IMG/VR virus record: IMGVR_UViG_3300025670_000002
From: a virus
Lineage: Duplodnaviria > Heunggongvirae > Uroviricota > Caudoviricetes
Reading direction: 5' to 3' (one strand)
DNA length: 64,000 nucleotides
A program made the position numbers and the translations under genes. The stretch's first letter is position 1. Every line of letters begins with the position of its first letter. Below are positions 47,219 to 56,448 of this stretch, one piece after another. The notes below the pieces were generated by a model, which did no database searches, had not been told where the DNA came from, and saw nothing but the letters and a program-made list of their open reading frames with translations.

Positions 47219-47640
47219 TGAACGAAACTCTTCCAAGTATTGAAGAAGAGTTGACTCGCAAAGCACTGGATCAACTCCAGTGCCTTGTTGATGATCTTCA
47301 AAGCAAGCGCATCACCAATTCAGAATATAAAACAGGCATTGATACGCTGTTTGCTATATGTTCCGGCCTTGTTGATGATGAATTTTTTGAGCTAATTGGC
47401 ATTGCAGGTAAAGATGTAAACACCAGTGGCAAGAGTTACTGGCGCAACGCTAAGACGCTCGTTAAAGGAGATGTTACTGCGGATATATCATACAAACGTG
47501 ATGGCTCTATTGTGACGGTAGAGCTTGCAAAGAAAATTAGCAACAAGCAGTATGACTTGGGTGAGGAAGCGACGCATGAGCAAGTTATAAAAAAGGTAAT
47601 CTCAATCATTGGGAAACTAAGAAAGTCTGGTTTTTCTTAA
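47218..47640 (+). CDS. hypothetical protein
   Basis: 140-aa ORF coupled to its neighbours (TAATGA). Confidence 0.45.
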   Translation: MNETLPSIEEELTRKALDQLQCLVDDLQSKRITNSEYKTGIDTLFAICSGLVDDEFFELIGIAGKDVNTSGKSYWRNAKTLVKGDVTADISYKRDGSIVTVELAKKISNKQYDLGEEATHEQVIKKVISIIGKLRKSGFS

Positions 47641-47666
47641 TCAAAACAATAGGTAACTGGTGACTT

Positions 47667-47897
47667 ATGGCAATTACAGCACAGCAACAAACAATCGCAG
47701 CCACTCTCAATATTGCAAATGAAGTAATGCTTGATGGCAGGGTTGATATTGGTAGGCGAATTATGAAAGAAGTATCTGACATAATCGCGGCAGGTGGCAC
47801 AATTGCCATGATGTCGAAGCGTGAAATGGTGTCGTTTATCACTCACAAGATAAATGCTGAAAATGCCAGAAAAGATGATGGCGGGGTGAGTGCGTGA
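47667..47897 (+). CDS. small hypothetical protein
   Basis: 76-aa ORF. Confidence 0.35.
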   Translation: MAITAQQQTIAATLNIANEVMLDGRVDIGRRIMKEVSDIIAAGGTIAMMSKREMVSFITHKINAENARKDDGGVSA

Positions 47898-48448
47898 CAA
47901 CAATCAATGGTCTTGATCTCGAAACTACCGGTCTAAAGCAAGAGGATGGTGAGAGAATTGTAGAAATTTGCATGATCTCCTACGATTTAGAATCGGCAAC
48001 GGAGATCGCTAGATATGAGAAGAGGATCAATCCCAAAAAAAGGATTGAAGCCAAAGCCGAACTCATACACGGCATTTCATTGTCTGAGTTAATGACTGAG
48101 CCTGTGTGGTCGGATGTTGTTGGTGAGATCGGCGAAGTGATTGAATCAAGTGACATCCTTATTGCTCACAATATGGACTTTGATGGCCCGTTCTTAGCAG
48201 GTGAAATGATTCGCGGGGGTCACGATGTTCCAGATGTAAAAAGCTTTTGCACAATGGAGTCTGGAAGATGGGCTACAGCTACAGGCAAAAAACCCTCTCT
48301 TCGTGAGCTGTGCTTTGCATGTGATGTTAAATACAACGTGGCGGAAGCACATGCCGCTACATACGATACGCGAAAAATGATGGATTGCTTTTTCTATGCA
48401 AGAAATCGCGGGTTCTATCAAGACTTTAATGAGTTGGTTGGTGAATAA
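47894..48448 (+). CDS. DnaQ-like DEDDh 3'-5' exonuclease (candidate proofreading subunit for the phage DnaE)
   Basis: Exo I LDLETTGL, Exo II IAHNMDFDGPFL, Exo III HAATYDTRKM. Confidence 0.7.
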   Translation: MTTINGLDLETTGLKQEDGERIVEICMISYDLESATEIARYEKRINPKKRIEAKAELIHGISLSELMTEPVWSDVVGEIGEVIESSDILIAHNMDFDGPFLAGEMIRGGHDVPDVKSFCTMESGRWATATGKKPSLRELCFACDVKYNVAEAHAATYDTRKMMDCFFYARNRGFYQDFNELVGE

Positions 48449-49128
48449 TTGGGGTAATTTATGGCGATTATAGGTTTTTTTGTGTATTGGTTGTTGGAGT
48501 GGCGTTGATGTTTTCATCTTTGCTTGCGGGGGTATTTATTTACGCCATGAGTAACAGAGTTACATCTGAGGTTTGGGCGTTCGTAACTATTTTTTCGATA
48601 GGCGCAGCACTTGTGCTTGTTGCAATAGCGGAGTCTCCGTTTACTGTGACACTTAATTAAGCGAGTAAGGAAGTTGTCATGTGTGAAAAACACCCAAAGC
48701 CCTTTATTGAAAACATTAATAGAGGCAATGAGCACATCACCTACGATGTGTGTAGGGCAATCGTGCATGACAAGTCCGAACCGATTAACGAACTAGCACG
48801 TGCCTTAGCGGTGCAAATAATGAACGGCATATTCCGAGAAATATAGTTAGCGGTGGGTTAGTAGTTGTGAGGTGATATTAAGAGGTAACTATGGATATTT
48901 TGATGAATCGGTATGTTATAGCATCTGTGCTTACAATGGCTTTAGTTGTTTATACCGACAAGCCAAAAACCAAGAAATGTAATTATAAATGTAGAAACAG
49001 GTAGAGAGATAAGGGGGCGTTATCAATGTTTATTTGGCAATCTAATATCCGTTGAAGAGCATATACATTCAACATCAAGAGTTAGCATTAAGGGTATAAC
49101 CTGAATAAATAAAACTACTAACCAGTAA

Positions 49129-49359
49129 TTGAGAGGCACGTTTGCCTCGATAATCAATAGTGAGAAATATATGCCAGAAAATTTAGATATGTGCAGATGT
49201 CCAAAATGTGGTGGTGACATGATAGGTAATGGATATACCGTAGTATTCCATTGCGAATACGCCGATGATTATGAATCATTAGAGCCAGATGCTTCACCAA
49301 AATATTGCAATTTTAAAGAAGAGGAGGTGCAAACGGAGCCAGAAGGCAGAATTGATTAG
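49129..49359 (+). CDS. possible small zinc-ribbon protein (CRCPKCGG...C)
   Basis: 76-aa ORF in an otherwise noncoding 1-kb stretch. Weak RBS. Confidence 0.25.
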   Translation: MRGTFASIINSEKYMPENLDMCRCPKCGGDMIGNGYTVVFHCEYADDYESLEPDASPKYCNFKEEEVQTEPEGRID

Positions 49360-49488
49360 CTATTTGGGTAAGTTTTAAAAAACATCAAATCAGCTCTGCA
49401 AGCCCATCTGTGCTGAGTAAAATAGACTTATCGAATCAATACAGCGATTCGCAATAACAACCTATTTTTAATTATTCGGAGCAAGTTT

Positions 49489-50355
49489 ATGACATCTATT
49501 AATACAGAAACAGCAACATCATCTACACCTTCTGACGCAGTGATTGATGACCTTTCTATTGAAGACCTTGAGGCAATGATGTCTGACGAGGGGCTTAGTG
49601 AAGGTGCTATTGAAGAGGGTGCGACTGACGTTGCTAGCCTTGAGGCAGATGAAGTTGAAGATGGCGCTGACATCGAAATTGATGAGGTTGATGAGACTAA
49701 TGAACTGTCGGAAGAAGATTTGCTAAGTGCAATGTCCGACGTTGAGACTGATGAGGAAATTCAAAAGTCTTATGAAGAGCAGGGTGATGAAGTTGAAGAA
49801 AGCGAGTCAGCTCCTAAGATGGCAACCGAAGAAGACAGAAAGAAAGTTACCAAAGCACCTGCTGAAAAGAAAGCACCTAAGAAAACTGTTAGCACTGATA
49901 AACGCAGTATTGTTGCCGACGACAGAGCAAGTGATGGCTTCTTTCTTCTTGAAAAGGCAGACCTCTTGCTAGATGAAGCTGGCAAGCAAGCAAAGCATGA
50001 TGAAGTTGCTGAAATGATTGACGGAATGAATGTAAAAGTTGGCGCAAGCTGTCTTAACTTCTTAGCATCGTTAAACGGCAAAGCTAAAATGTCACTATTT
50101 ACAGAAATCACCTTTAAGTTCGTATCCGCACCTGATGCAGAACCGATTAAGGCCGGCGATCTTCAACAGCACTTTATGGATGGCGATGCGAATGGAGTTA
50201 AGTCTTACGCAAAAGGAACAGCGATGCCCAAAACCACAAACGGTTTGAAGATGCTGTCCTTGCTAAAAGTTATCATTAAGAAAGAAGGCGGTTACTTTAT
50301 CAATCCTGAAAGCGCACTGTTTGAGGTAGCAAAGACGGTAGTTGGCACAAAGTAA
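49489..50355 (+). CDS. hypothetical protein with a strongly acidic N-terminal half
   Basis: 288-aa ORF. Roughly 40 percent of the first 100 residues are D/E. Confidence 0.5.
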   Translation: MTSINTETATSSTPSDAVIDDLSIEDLEAMMSDEGLSEGAIEEGATDVASLEADEVEDGADIEIDEVDETNELSEEDLLSAMSDVETDEEIQKSYEEQGDEVEESESAPKMATEEDRKKVTKAPAEKKAPKKTVSTDKRSIVADDRASDGFFLLEKADLLLDEAGKQAKHDEVAEMIDGMNVKVGASCLNFLASLNGKAKMSLFTEITFKFVSAPDAEPIKAGDLQQHFMDGDANGVKSYAKGTAMPKTTNGLKMLSLLKVIIKKEGGYFINPESALFEVAKTVVGTK

Positions 50356-50375
50356 GCATTACAAGTTAGATGACT

Positions 50376-50400
50376 GGGGGCAATTTCGCCCCCTTTTTTT
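50376..50400 (+). terminator. rho-independent terminator GGGGGCAATTTCGCCCCC followed by TTTTTTT
   Basis: Stem plus T-run seen directly. Confidence 0.7.
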
Positions 50401-50428
50401 ATGGCAGTTGGAAAATGGGGAATGAAAT

Positions 50429-50650
50429 ATGAGTTATAAAGTTTATAAAATGCTGGAGAAACTAGAGCTGGCAGCAAAGTATAAAAAGGAATACTACAAA
50501 CAGAACCGAGTTATGCGATTCCTGCATAAGATTGGGTTTGAACGCGGTGCTGATTCGTTGCCAACGAAATACGCAATGGGTAGGGCGGAAAGAGAGCTTA
50601 ATGAAAAGTATAAGAACGAAGCGCTCTCCATCAATCACGATGCGTTTTAA
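50429..50650 (+). CDS. small hypothetical protein
   Basis: 73-aa ORF with RBS TGGGGAATGAAATATG. Confidence 0.35.
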   Translation: MSYKVYKMLEKLELAAKYKKEYYKQNRVMRFLHKIGFERGADSLPTKYAMGRAERELNEKYKNEALSINHDAF

Positions 50651-50828
50651 GCGCGTTAATGAGTTTTTAGCATAAAGTATTAATAAATTTAAAAAAAGTC
50701 TCTTAAATAGCAGTTTAAGAGCTTCAAATAGCAACCCAGCACTGAGCTATCAGTGCTATTTACAGTAGAGAGTGATAAATAAGTGGGGCTTTGAAATAAA
50801 AAATACACAGCCCTAGTTTTAATTGTAA

Positions 50829-50852
50829 CAATAAGTCATTAGTTACTTATGA
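50829..50852 (+). promoter_or_regulatory. family A motif CAATAAGTCATTAGTTACTTATGAG
   Basis: TAAGTCA..TTACTTA. Confidence 0.4.
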
Positions 50853-51133
50853 GTAGTCACAAAGAGGTGTATATGAAGATTATGAAATTTATTTTTAAGG
50901 TTGATGGAAGCATTCCTGCTTCATTTTTAGCAAACACAAGAGCTGCGGCAGTTGCCTGTCTAAGACGAACAATGGGTAAGGACTCTAAAATTGAATACGT
51001 TAGAGAGGAGTTTTCTCACAATGTAGGTGATTTTGAAGACACAGTTGTTCCGAAGAAGCCTGCTGCCGCTGAGACTGAGGGTTTTGATAGTGTTGTTGAG
51101 GCTTACGGAAGACACAGCAAGGTGAGACTATGA
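50849..51133 (+). CDS. hypothetical protein
   Basis: 94-aa ORF. Confidence 0.4.
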   Translation: MSSHKEVYMKIMKFIFKVDGSIPASFLANTRAAAVACLRRTMGKDSKIEYVREEFSHNVGDFEDTVVPKKPAAAETEGFDSVVEAYGRHSKVRL

Positions 51134-51345
51134 TAAACAAAATGTCATTAAGATCGGACATTGATGGAACGGTAATTGACGTGTCGATGGACAACACGTC
51201 TGGCGTAACGGAACTGAACATGTCGGTGGAACAAACGAGCGCACTTGGTAAACCTAAAACCACACTTAGATTTACAAATGGAGATGAGGTTGCCGAGTTC
51301 GTAAGGCTGCTCGATAAGATTCAGAACGAAGTGGATATTCTATGA
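51130..51345 (+). CDS. small hypothetical protein
   Basis: 71-aa ORF coupled to its neighbours (ATGA). Confidence 0.4.
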   Translation: MINKMSLRSDIDGTVIDVSMDNTSGVTELNMSVEQTSALGKPKTTLRFTNGDEVAEFVRLLDKIQNEVDIL

Positions 51346-51560
51346 TTGTCGATGCCGCAACATTATCTGAGTGCATAAATGAGCCAAGAGGTCTTAATGG
51401 ACTTGAGGGGTATCAGATGGGCGACACGTATGTTACTAACAAGGTGATGTCTGATGATGGGGTGACGTATTTCAGAATTTACCCATGTCCGGGTGATTAT
51501 TACGAAACCTGTTCACCCTCTACTTTCAAGAAGTTCTTTAAAAGGACTGGTGTGAGATGA
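51342..51560 (+). CDS. small hypothetical protein
   Basis: 72-aa ORF coupled to its neighbours. Confidence 0.4.
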   Translation: MIVDAATLSECINEPRGLNGLEGYQMGDTYVTNKVMSDDGVTYFRIYPCPGDYYETCSPSTFKKFFKRTGVR

Positions 51561-51861
51561 CTGAATTAGAAATGGCGGTGGTGGCCGCATCAATGATACT
51601 TACTGCCTCAGTTGCAATGCAAGAGCAAGTTGTGGTGGTTAAACACGCAACCTGCATGAGAATTACGGGGAAAGCCTGTGTCCAGCCGTAATCTTTGGCT
51701 GACTCAAAGAGGCTCAACATGGAGTCTTGAAAGATATGACGGGGCAGTGATTACGCAAGCCCCAATGGTAAGCTCATGCAGATGCGTGGCGCTGAGGATG
51801 CACGCAAAGTTCGTGTTCGTCAGCTCCAGATCAAAGCAGGGCGTGATTACCGAATACAACA

Positions 51862-52575
51862 ATGCAACTGGGAATGAATATGAGAAGCCTGAAAAAACGC
51901 AAGAAACTAATTATTATTAGCGGCGGAACAATGTCGGACATTCGACCGCACTTGTCACTCTGCGCACCTGCATTTGGAACGGTTGGCAAGCAGATAAAAA
52001 AGCGATGCGATGCCAACACAAGACTTTTTAATGGAATTGACGTTCATCTTGAGCTAACAAAGATGGCAGGTGGAAAGCTTTTGAATACCGTTGATAATGT
52101 CAGAGGGTATGTCAGGTCAATGCTTAAGGACGAAGAAGTTATTGGCATTGTTATGGCCGCTGCCATTTGCGACTTCAAGGCAGAGAGAATTGAAGGTTTG
52201 CCTCATGACGGTATCGGCAGGGACAAGTCCAGAATCAAAACAAAAAGACATGATGGCAATGACCAGCACATGTATGTATTCATGTCGCCAGAGGAGAAAA
52301 TCATATCTGAGGTGAAGAAGATAAGACCCGATATTGTATTGGTTGGCTTCAAAACGGTGTCGGATGTTAGCTCGCAGGAGCTACTTGATGCGACTAAAAA
52401 GGCAAAGCTAGATACAGGTGCGGACATAGTAATTGGGAATGATATTGCAAAGAGAATGAACGCGGTAAATCTGACAGACGGGCGGGGTGTTGACGGAACA
52501 AGAGAGTTGATTCTGGATTTGATGTGCATTGAGCTGGGTAACTTGCTTAACAAGCGGTATCGCCTTGATTCTTAA
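51862..52575 (+). CDS. CoaB-like (phosphopantothenoylcysteine synthetase / DFP C-terminal domain-like) protein; start uncertain (ATG 51862, 51874 or 51880)
   Basis: LIIISGGTMSDIRPHLSLCAPAFGTVGKQI resembles the CoaB motif LITAGGTxEPIDPVRxIxNxSSGKMG. VIGIVMAAAICDFKAE resembles DVLIMAAAVADFRP. Confidence 0.4.
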   Translation: MQLGMNMRSLKKRKKLIIISGGTMSDIRPHLSLCAPAFGTVGKQIKKRCDANTRLFNGIDVHLELTKMAGGKLLNTVDNVRGYVRSMLKDEEVIGIVMAAAICDFKAERIEGLPHDGIGRDKSRIKTKRHDGNDQHMYVFMSPEEKIISEVKKIRPDIVLVGFKTVSDVSSQELLDATKKAKLDTGADIVIGNDIAKRMNAVNLTDGRGVDGTRELILDLMCIELGNLLNKRYRLDS

Positions 52576-52617
52576 TAGATAATAAACACTCTTAAAGAAA
52601 GCAAACAACAAGCGAGA

Positions 52618-53124
52618 ATGTCCATGAGTGAAGTTAATAACGAAACAAACGCTGTATATAATGCCGGCGCACTTGCCCAGAAAACTGAGGAGTGCGCCAT
52701 CGTTCTGCACGCACTCGAAATTATCAGAGGTAGATTGTTAAAGACAGGGTTCAATGCATCATGCCCCGCTGATGTAACAAACTATGTAAGACTGCAGGTT
52801 GCCGATCTTGAGCATGAGGTATTCGGCGTGCTATTTATGAACAATCAGAACTGCCTTATTGATAGCGAAAACATGTTCAGAGGAACAATTGATAGCGCAT
52901 CTGTTTACCCTAGAGAGGTAGCAAAACGCGCACTTGAGTTAAATGCTGCCTCTATTATTGTTTATCACAATCATCCAAGCGGAAACTGCGATCCATCCGA
53001 TAGTGATAAGAAAATCACAAAAAGATTGAGTTCAGCGATGGAGCTAATTGACGTGAGGCTTCTTGACCACATCTTAATTGGCGGAATGAATGATATGAGT
53101 TTCGCAAACAAAGGGCTTCTGTAA
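52618..53124 (+). CDS. RadC-like JAB/MPN metalloprotease-fold protein
   Basis: JAMM motif YHNHPSGNCDPSDSD. The surrounding sequence matches the RadC C-terminal domain. Confidence 0.75.
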   Translation: MSMSEVNNETNAVYNAGALAQKTEECAIVLHALEIIRGRLLKTGFNASCPADVTNYVRLQVADLEHEVFGVLFMNNQNCLIDSENMFRGTIDSASVYPREVAKRALELNAASIIVYHNHPSGNCDPSDSDKKITKRLSSAMELIDVRLLDHILIGGMNDMSFANKGLL

Positions 53125-53143
53125 GTAAACGACGGGGAAATAT

Positions 53144-53404
53144 ATGTTAAATCAAGTGGGTTCAGTATGGGTATCGCGTCACCTCAACGCAGCACTGATG
53201 TATGGTGACATGTCTGGGCTTAGTGATGAAGATGAGGCGCTTGTGAATAAGTTTATGTCGGAGCGTTCTGACTTTACCGTGTATGAGTTTCAGGACGACC
53301 TGGGCGAGTTCCATTACGACCTTACCAAATGCTCTATAGTTGGTAAATTATCAGAGTGTGTTCAGGTAAGAGTGTTTGCTGACGACGGAAAGCTTTCAAA
53401 CTAA
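53144..53404 (+). CDS. small hypothetical protein
   Basis: 86-aa ORF. Confidence 0.4.
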   Translation: MLNQVGSVWVSRHLNAALMYGDMSGLSDEDEALVNKFMSERSDFTVYEFQDDLGEFHYDLTKCSIVGKLSECVQVRVFADDGKLSN

Positions 53405-53432
53405 CTCTGGACTTTACCAATGACTGTTTGCA

Positions 53433-53460
53433 ATAATAAGTCATTGATAACTTATCCCGC
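53433..53460 (+). promoter_or_regulatory. family A motif AATAATAAGTCATTGATAACTTATCCCGC
   Basis: TAAGTCA..ACTTA core. Confidence 0.4.
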
Positions 53461-53488
53461 AAAGACCTTAGCAATATCGAGATGAAGT

Positions 53489-53824
53489 ATGAAAATATCA
53501 GACAGGTTGCTGATTGAAAATGAACTACCTAATGAAATTGGAGCAGACATTGTTGCCAAATTTGGAGCTGACCTAAAAATAATAAGCGGCAGGATAGCCA
53601 AGTTAGCAAGGTCAAAAGATAACGTCACTTTTATTCTTGTGGAATGGAGTGACGAAGCAATAAAGCAGGTATACATAAGAGATATTATTTCAATAAATGA
53701 TGTCCAAATTGACGTGTATATTGAAAAAATAATATCCGCCAATGACGAAAGGGTGAGTGTTGATGAGGTAGCCAAAGATGGCCCATCTGATACCGAATTG
53801 CTACCTGATTACGGCAGTTGGTAA
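53489..53824 (+). CDS. hypothetical protein ending ..LPDYGSW-COOH (paralog of 53852..54139)
   Basis: Shared core IKQVYIRDIISINDVQIDVYI versus IRQVYLGDILSVNDMPVDDFI. Shared C-terminal tail. Confidence 0.5.
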   Translation: MKISDRLLIENELPNEIGADIVAKFGADLKIISGRIAKLARSKDNVTFILVEWSDEAIKQVYIRDIISINDVQIDVYIEKIISANDERVSVDEVAKDGPSDTELLPDYGSW

Positions 53825-53851
53825 TTACTCAAGCAAACATCAAGAGGAAGT

Positions 53852-54139
53852 ATGAAAAAGATTAACGTGGAGATTCTAAGGGACATACTCTATGAAGGTG
53901 CGCTTGCCACTGGCAGAATCAGAGGCAACGGCAGGCATGTTGATGGGAAGGTGGTTGGCTTTGTCACGAACCCCAAAGACAATTCGGAATTGGCACTGCT
54001 TGAGTCAAAGAGCGGTGTGATAAGACAGGTGTATTTGGGTGACATACTCTCGGTGAATGACATGCCAGTTGATGACTTCATAAGGGCAACAAGGGCGCAT
54101 CCTGAGACAGAATCACTGCCTGGTTACGGTAGCTGGTAA
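53852..54139 (+). CDS. hypothetical protein ending ..LPGYGSW-COOH (paralog of 53489..53824)
   Basis: See the paralog entry above. Confidence 0.5.
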   Translation: MKKINVEILRDILYEGALATGRIRGNGRHVDGKVVGFVTNPKDNSELALLESKSGVIRQVYLGDILSVNDMPVDDFIRATRAHPETESLPGYGSW

Positions 54140-54170
54140 TAAACTTTACCCAATAACAGCCCTAACTTTA

Positions 54171-54205
54171 GCTGTCATAATAAGTCATAAGTTACTTACA
54201 TAGAG
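54171..54205 (+). promoter_or_regulatory. hybrid of motif families B and A: GCTGTCATAATAAGTCATAAGTTACTTACATAGAG
   Basis: Begins like GCTGTCATAATACA (family B) and continues like TAAGTCA..TTACTTA (family A). Confidence 0.35.
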
Positions 54206-54214
54206 AGTAAAGCA

Positions 54215-54865
54215 ATGAGCCTAATACAAAAAGAATTTGAATACCGAGAATGTGAAGTTTACGGCGGCATGGGGTGGGTAGAGAAAGATGCCCCAAAAGA
54301 ATATGTATGCGGAATGGGAATGATTGTTGCGCATGGCGTTCTGGAACACGTTGATACCGAATACAGAAAGGACTCTTGGGAAGATGAGCTACTTGCTTTA
54401 GGCGCAATGACTTTCATAAGAGGGAGGAATTACTTTGTAAACAAAATGTATCCAGATGTATCAGACCAGATGAGCGGTGACCTGACGAGATGCTTTCAGA
54501 GAATGGCGTCTTTAGATAGGGACATCAGACTGCATCAATTTGTCGAGCAAATTGACGATGATGAGGTTGATAACGAACTTGTTAGAGCAATTAGCCTGGC
54601 TGTAGACGAGTGCAATGAGTATGGGGGTGATAGACCCAGCAGAATCAATCAGGAAAGAATGTTGCACATCCTAAGAGATGGTCACAACAGAGCCAAAAAG
54701 CGTTTTGATGGTGATGAACAAACTGCGGTGTCAATGTTTATTGACATCGAAAGTCAGGTTAATGATTTTAAGTATGCAGATGAAACGACCGTGATGGATA
54801 TTGAAGCGAATCCAGATGACGGAAGAGTGAGCGTAATTTTTCGGGAGAATGAATATGAATACTAA
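54215..54865 (+). CDS. hypothetical protein
   Basis: 216-aa ORF. No motif recognised. Confidence 0.45.
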   Translation: MSLIQKEFEYRECEVYGGMGWVEKDAPKEYVCGMGMIVAHGVLEHVDTEYRKDSWEDELLALGAMTFIRGRNYFVNKMYPDVSDQMSGDLTRCFQRMASLDRDIRLHQFVEQIDDDEVDNELVRAISLAVDECNEYGGDRPSRINQERMLHILRDGHNRAKKRFDGDEQTAVSMFIDIESQVNDFKYADETTVMDIEANPDDGRVSVIFRENEYEY

Positions 54866-55295
54866 CAAAGCAAAGGCAATTTTAATTCTATCGCTGGTAA
54901 CACCTTTGGCAAATGCAAGCTACGCAGAGAGCCTTAAGTGTATGTCTGACAATCTGTATCACGAAGGCAGAGGTGAGTCATCTCTGGGTAGAAAGATGAT
55001 TATGGATGTCGTTATGAACAGAGTTAATTCGCCAAAATTTCCAAATACAATTTGCAAAGTAATCCATCAGAAAAGCCAGTTCTCATGGACTAACGACAGC
55101 CTATCAGACGAGCCGAGTGACAAAGGCGTATACAAAAAATTAAGAAACGAGGCTCATAAGTTTCTAAGAGACAGAGCTTATGGAATCAGCAACAACTCAC
55201 TTTTTTACCATTCGTTCAGCGTAAGTCCCAAGTGGGCAAAGGCAATGCGAATGGAAAGAATTATCGGTAATCACATTTTTTACAAAGAGGCATAA
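54849..55295 (+). CDS. secreted SleB-type cell-wall hydrolase (lysis enzyme candidate)
   Basis: Signal peptide MNMNTNKAKAILILSLVTPLANASYA. Then NLYHEGRGES..MIMDVVMNRVNSPKFPNTICKVIHQKSQFSW, which matches the SleB hydrolase signature as I recall it. Confidence 0.6.
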   Translation: MNMNTNKAKAILILSLVTPLANASYAESLKCMSDNLYHEGRGESSLGRKMIMDVVMNRVNSPKFPNTICKVIHQKSQFSWTNDSLSDEPSDKGVYKKLRNEAHKFLRDRAYGISNNSLFYHSFSVSPKWAKAMRMERIIGNHIFYKEA

Positions 55296-55297
55296 GC

Positions 55298-55735
55298 ATG
55301 AAGAAACCACTATTGGATAGAATTCAGGATTTAGAAGAGGAGTTGCTGGAGCTAAAGAAGAATATTGGCAGCTACGTTGATTGGAGTTTGGTAAAGGTTG
55401 ATACGCCGATTCTCGTTAGAAATGATGAGGAGTCTATATGGCAGCCTGCATACTTCGGCAGATACGATGCCGAAAGATGTGATATATACGCATCATCCAA
55501 CGGAACAACGAGTCGCACTGGGAGAGGTGGGTCAAAGGTTGGTTTCGCAAAGCTAGATATAAATGCGCCAAGTATCATCAACTGGATACCTAACGACGGC
55601 ATCAGACCGAATTGCGAACGTGTAATCATCATACGCGAAGATGGGGTGAGAACATTTGGCTGCCCAAATAGCTTTCAGTTCAAAAAAGGGGGTAGACACA
55701 TTCATGATATTGCCTCATACGCAATAATTGAATAA
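55298..55735 (+). CDS. hypothetical protein
   Basis: 145-aa ORF with RBS AAAGAGGCATAAGCATG. Confidence 0.45.
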   Translation: MKKPLLDRIQDLEEELLELKKNIGSYVDWSLVKVDTPILVRNDEESIWQPAYFGRYDAERCDIYASSNGTTSRTGRGGSKVGFAKLDINAPSIINWIPNDGIRPNCERVIIIREDGVRTFGCPNSFQFKKGGRHIHDIASYAIIE

Positions 55736-55964
55736 GGGGCTTGGTATGGTAAAAGAACTGATTGATGCGTTAGATATACTTTGTGAAACCCAAAGAGTAT
55801 ATATCAACGAAAGAGGGTCGGCAAATGAATCATTAATGACGTGCATTAAAAGAACTACCGATGCCATAATTGAGCTTGGCGGGAAGGGGGTGAGTGATGT
55901 GGACATGTGCAAAAGAGTTATGGCAATTTGTAACAGAGGGGAGATAGGAAGTGGGCTTATTTAG
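55728..55964 (+). CDS. small hypothetical protein
   Basis: 78-aa ORF. Confidence 0.35.
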   Translation: MNKGLGMVKELIDALDILCETQRVYINERGSANESLMTCIKRTTDAIIELGGKGVSDVDMCKRVMAICNRGEIGSGLI

Positions 55965-56448
55965 AAAGAAGGGGGCAATAATCAAAATGAAAGATAAGCT
56001 AAAAGTTAGCCAATAAAATAGCAATCAATATCAATTGACTTAGGTGAAATTCACGACTAAAAACCTAAGTCATATCAGGCACTTACAAATACAGTCAGAA
56101 AGCTCCATTTTTAGAGAGCAATTATAAAAGAAAAACTCCTTATAAATCAATTCGTTAAATCATTCTCTAAGAGACGATAGTATAAAACAGTAGTCATTAC
56201 TACAATTTAAGCTAAATCACGCTCAAACACCGCTTAAATCAGTCAGAATAAGCATTCCTAATAGAGAGTAGTAGCTAAGTAATACCGTAACTTCAATATA
56301 CAAAGTTACCCGTTTCTCAAATCGGGGCTGGGCGTGTGTCATGTAGCATAAGGTAAAGGTGATTAACAGGAAAGAAACAGTCAGCACAACATCACCCAAT
56401 ATTGAGTGTATATAATGTAAATCAACGTAATCAGATAAGAGAGAAATT

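Noticed and set aside
48449-49488. 1-kb gap with minus-strand ORFs 48194-48517 and 48514-48768
   Set aside because: No RBS or motif and the strand is opposite to all neighbouring genes. More likely a noncoding regulatory or terminator region. Only the plus-strand zinc-ribbon ORF was kept, at low confidence.
51557-51920. Overlapping short ORFs (44-aa 51557-51691, 80-aa 51678-51920) upstream of the CoaB-like gene
   Set aside because: Mutually overlapping in different frames with weak initiation contexts. I cannot support either as a gene.
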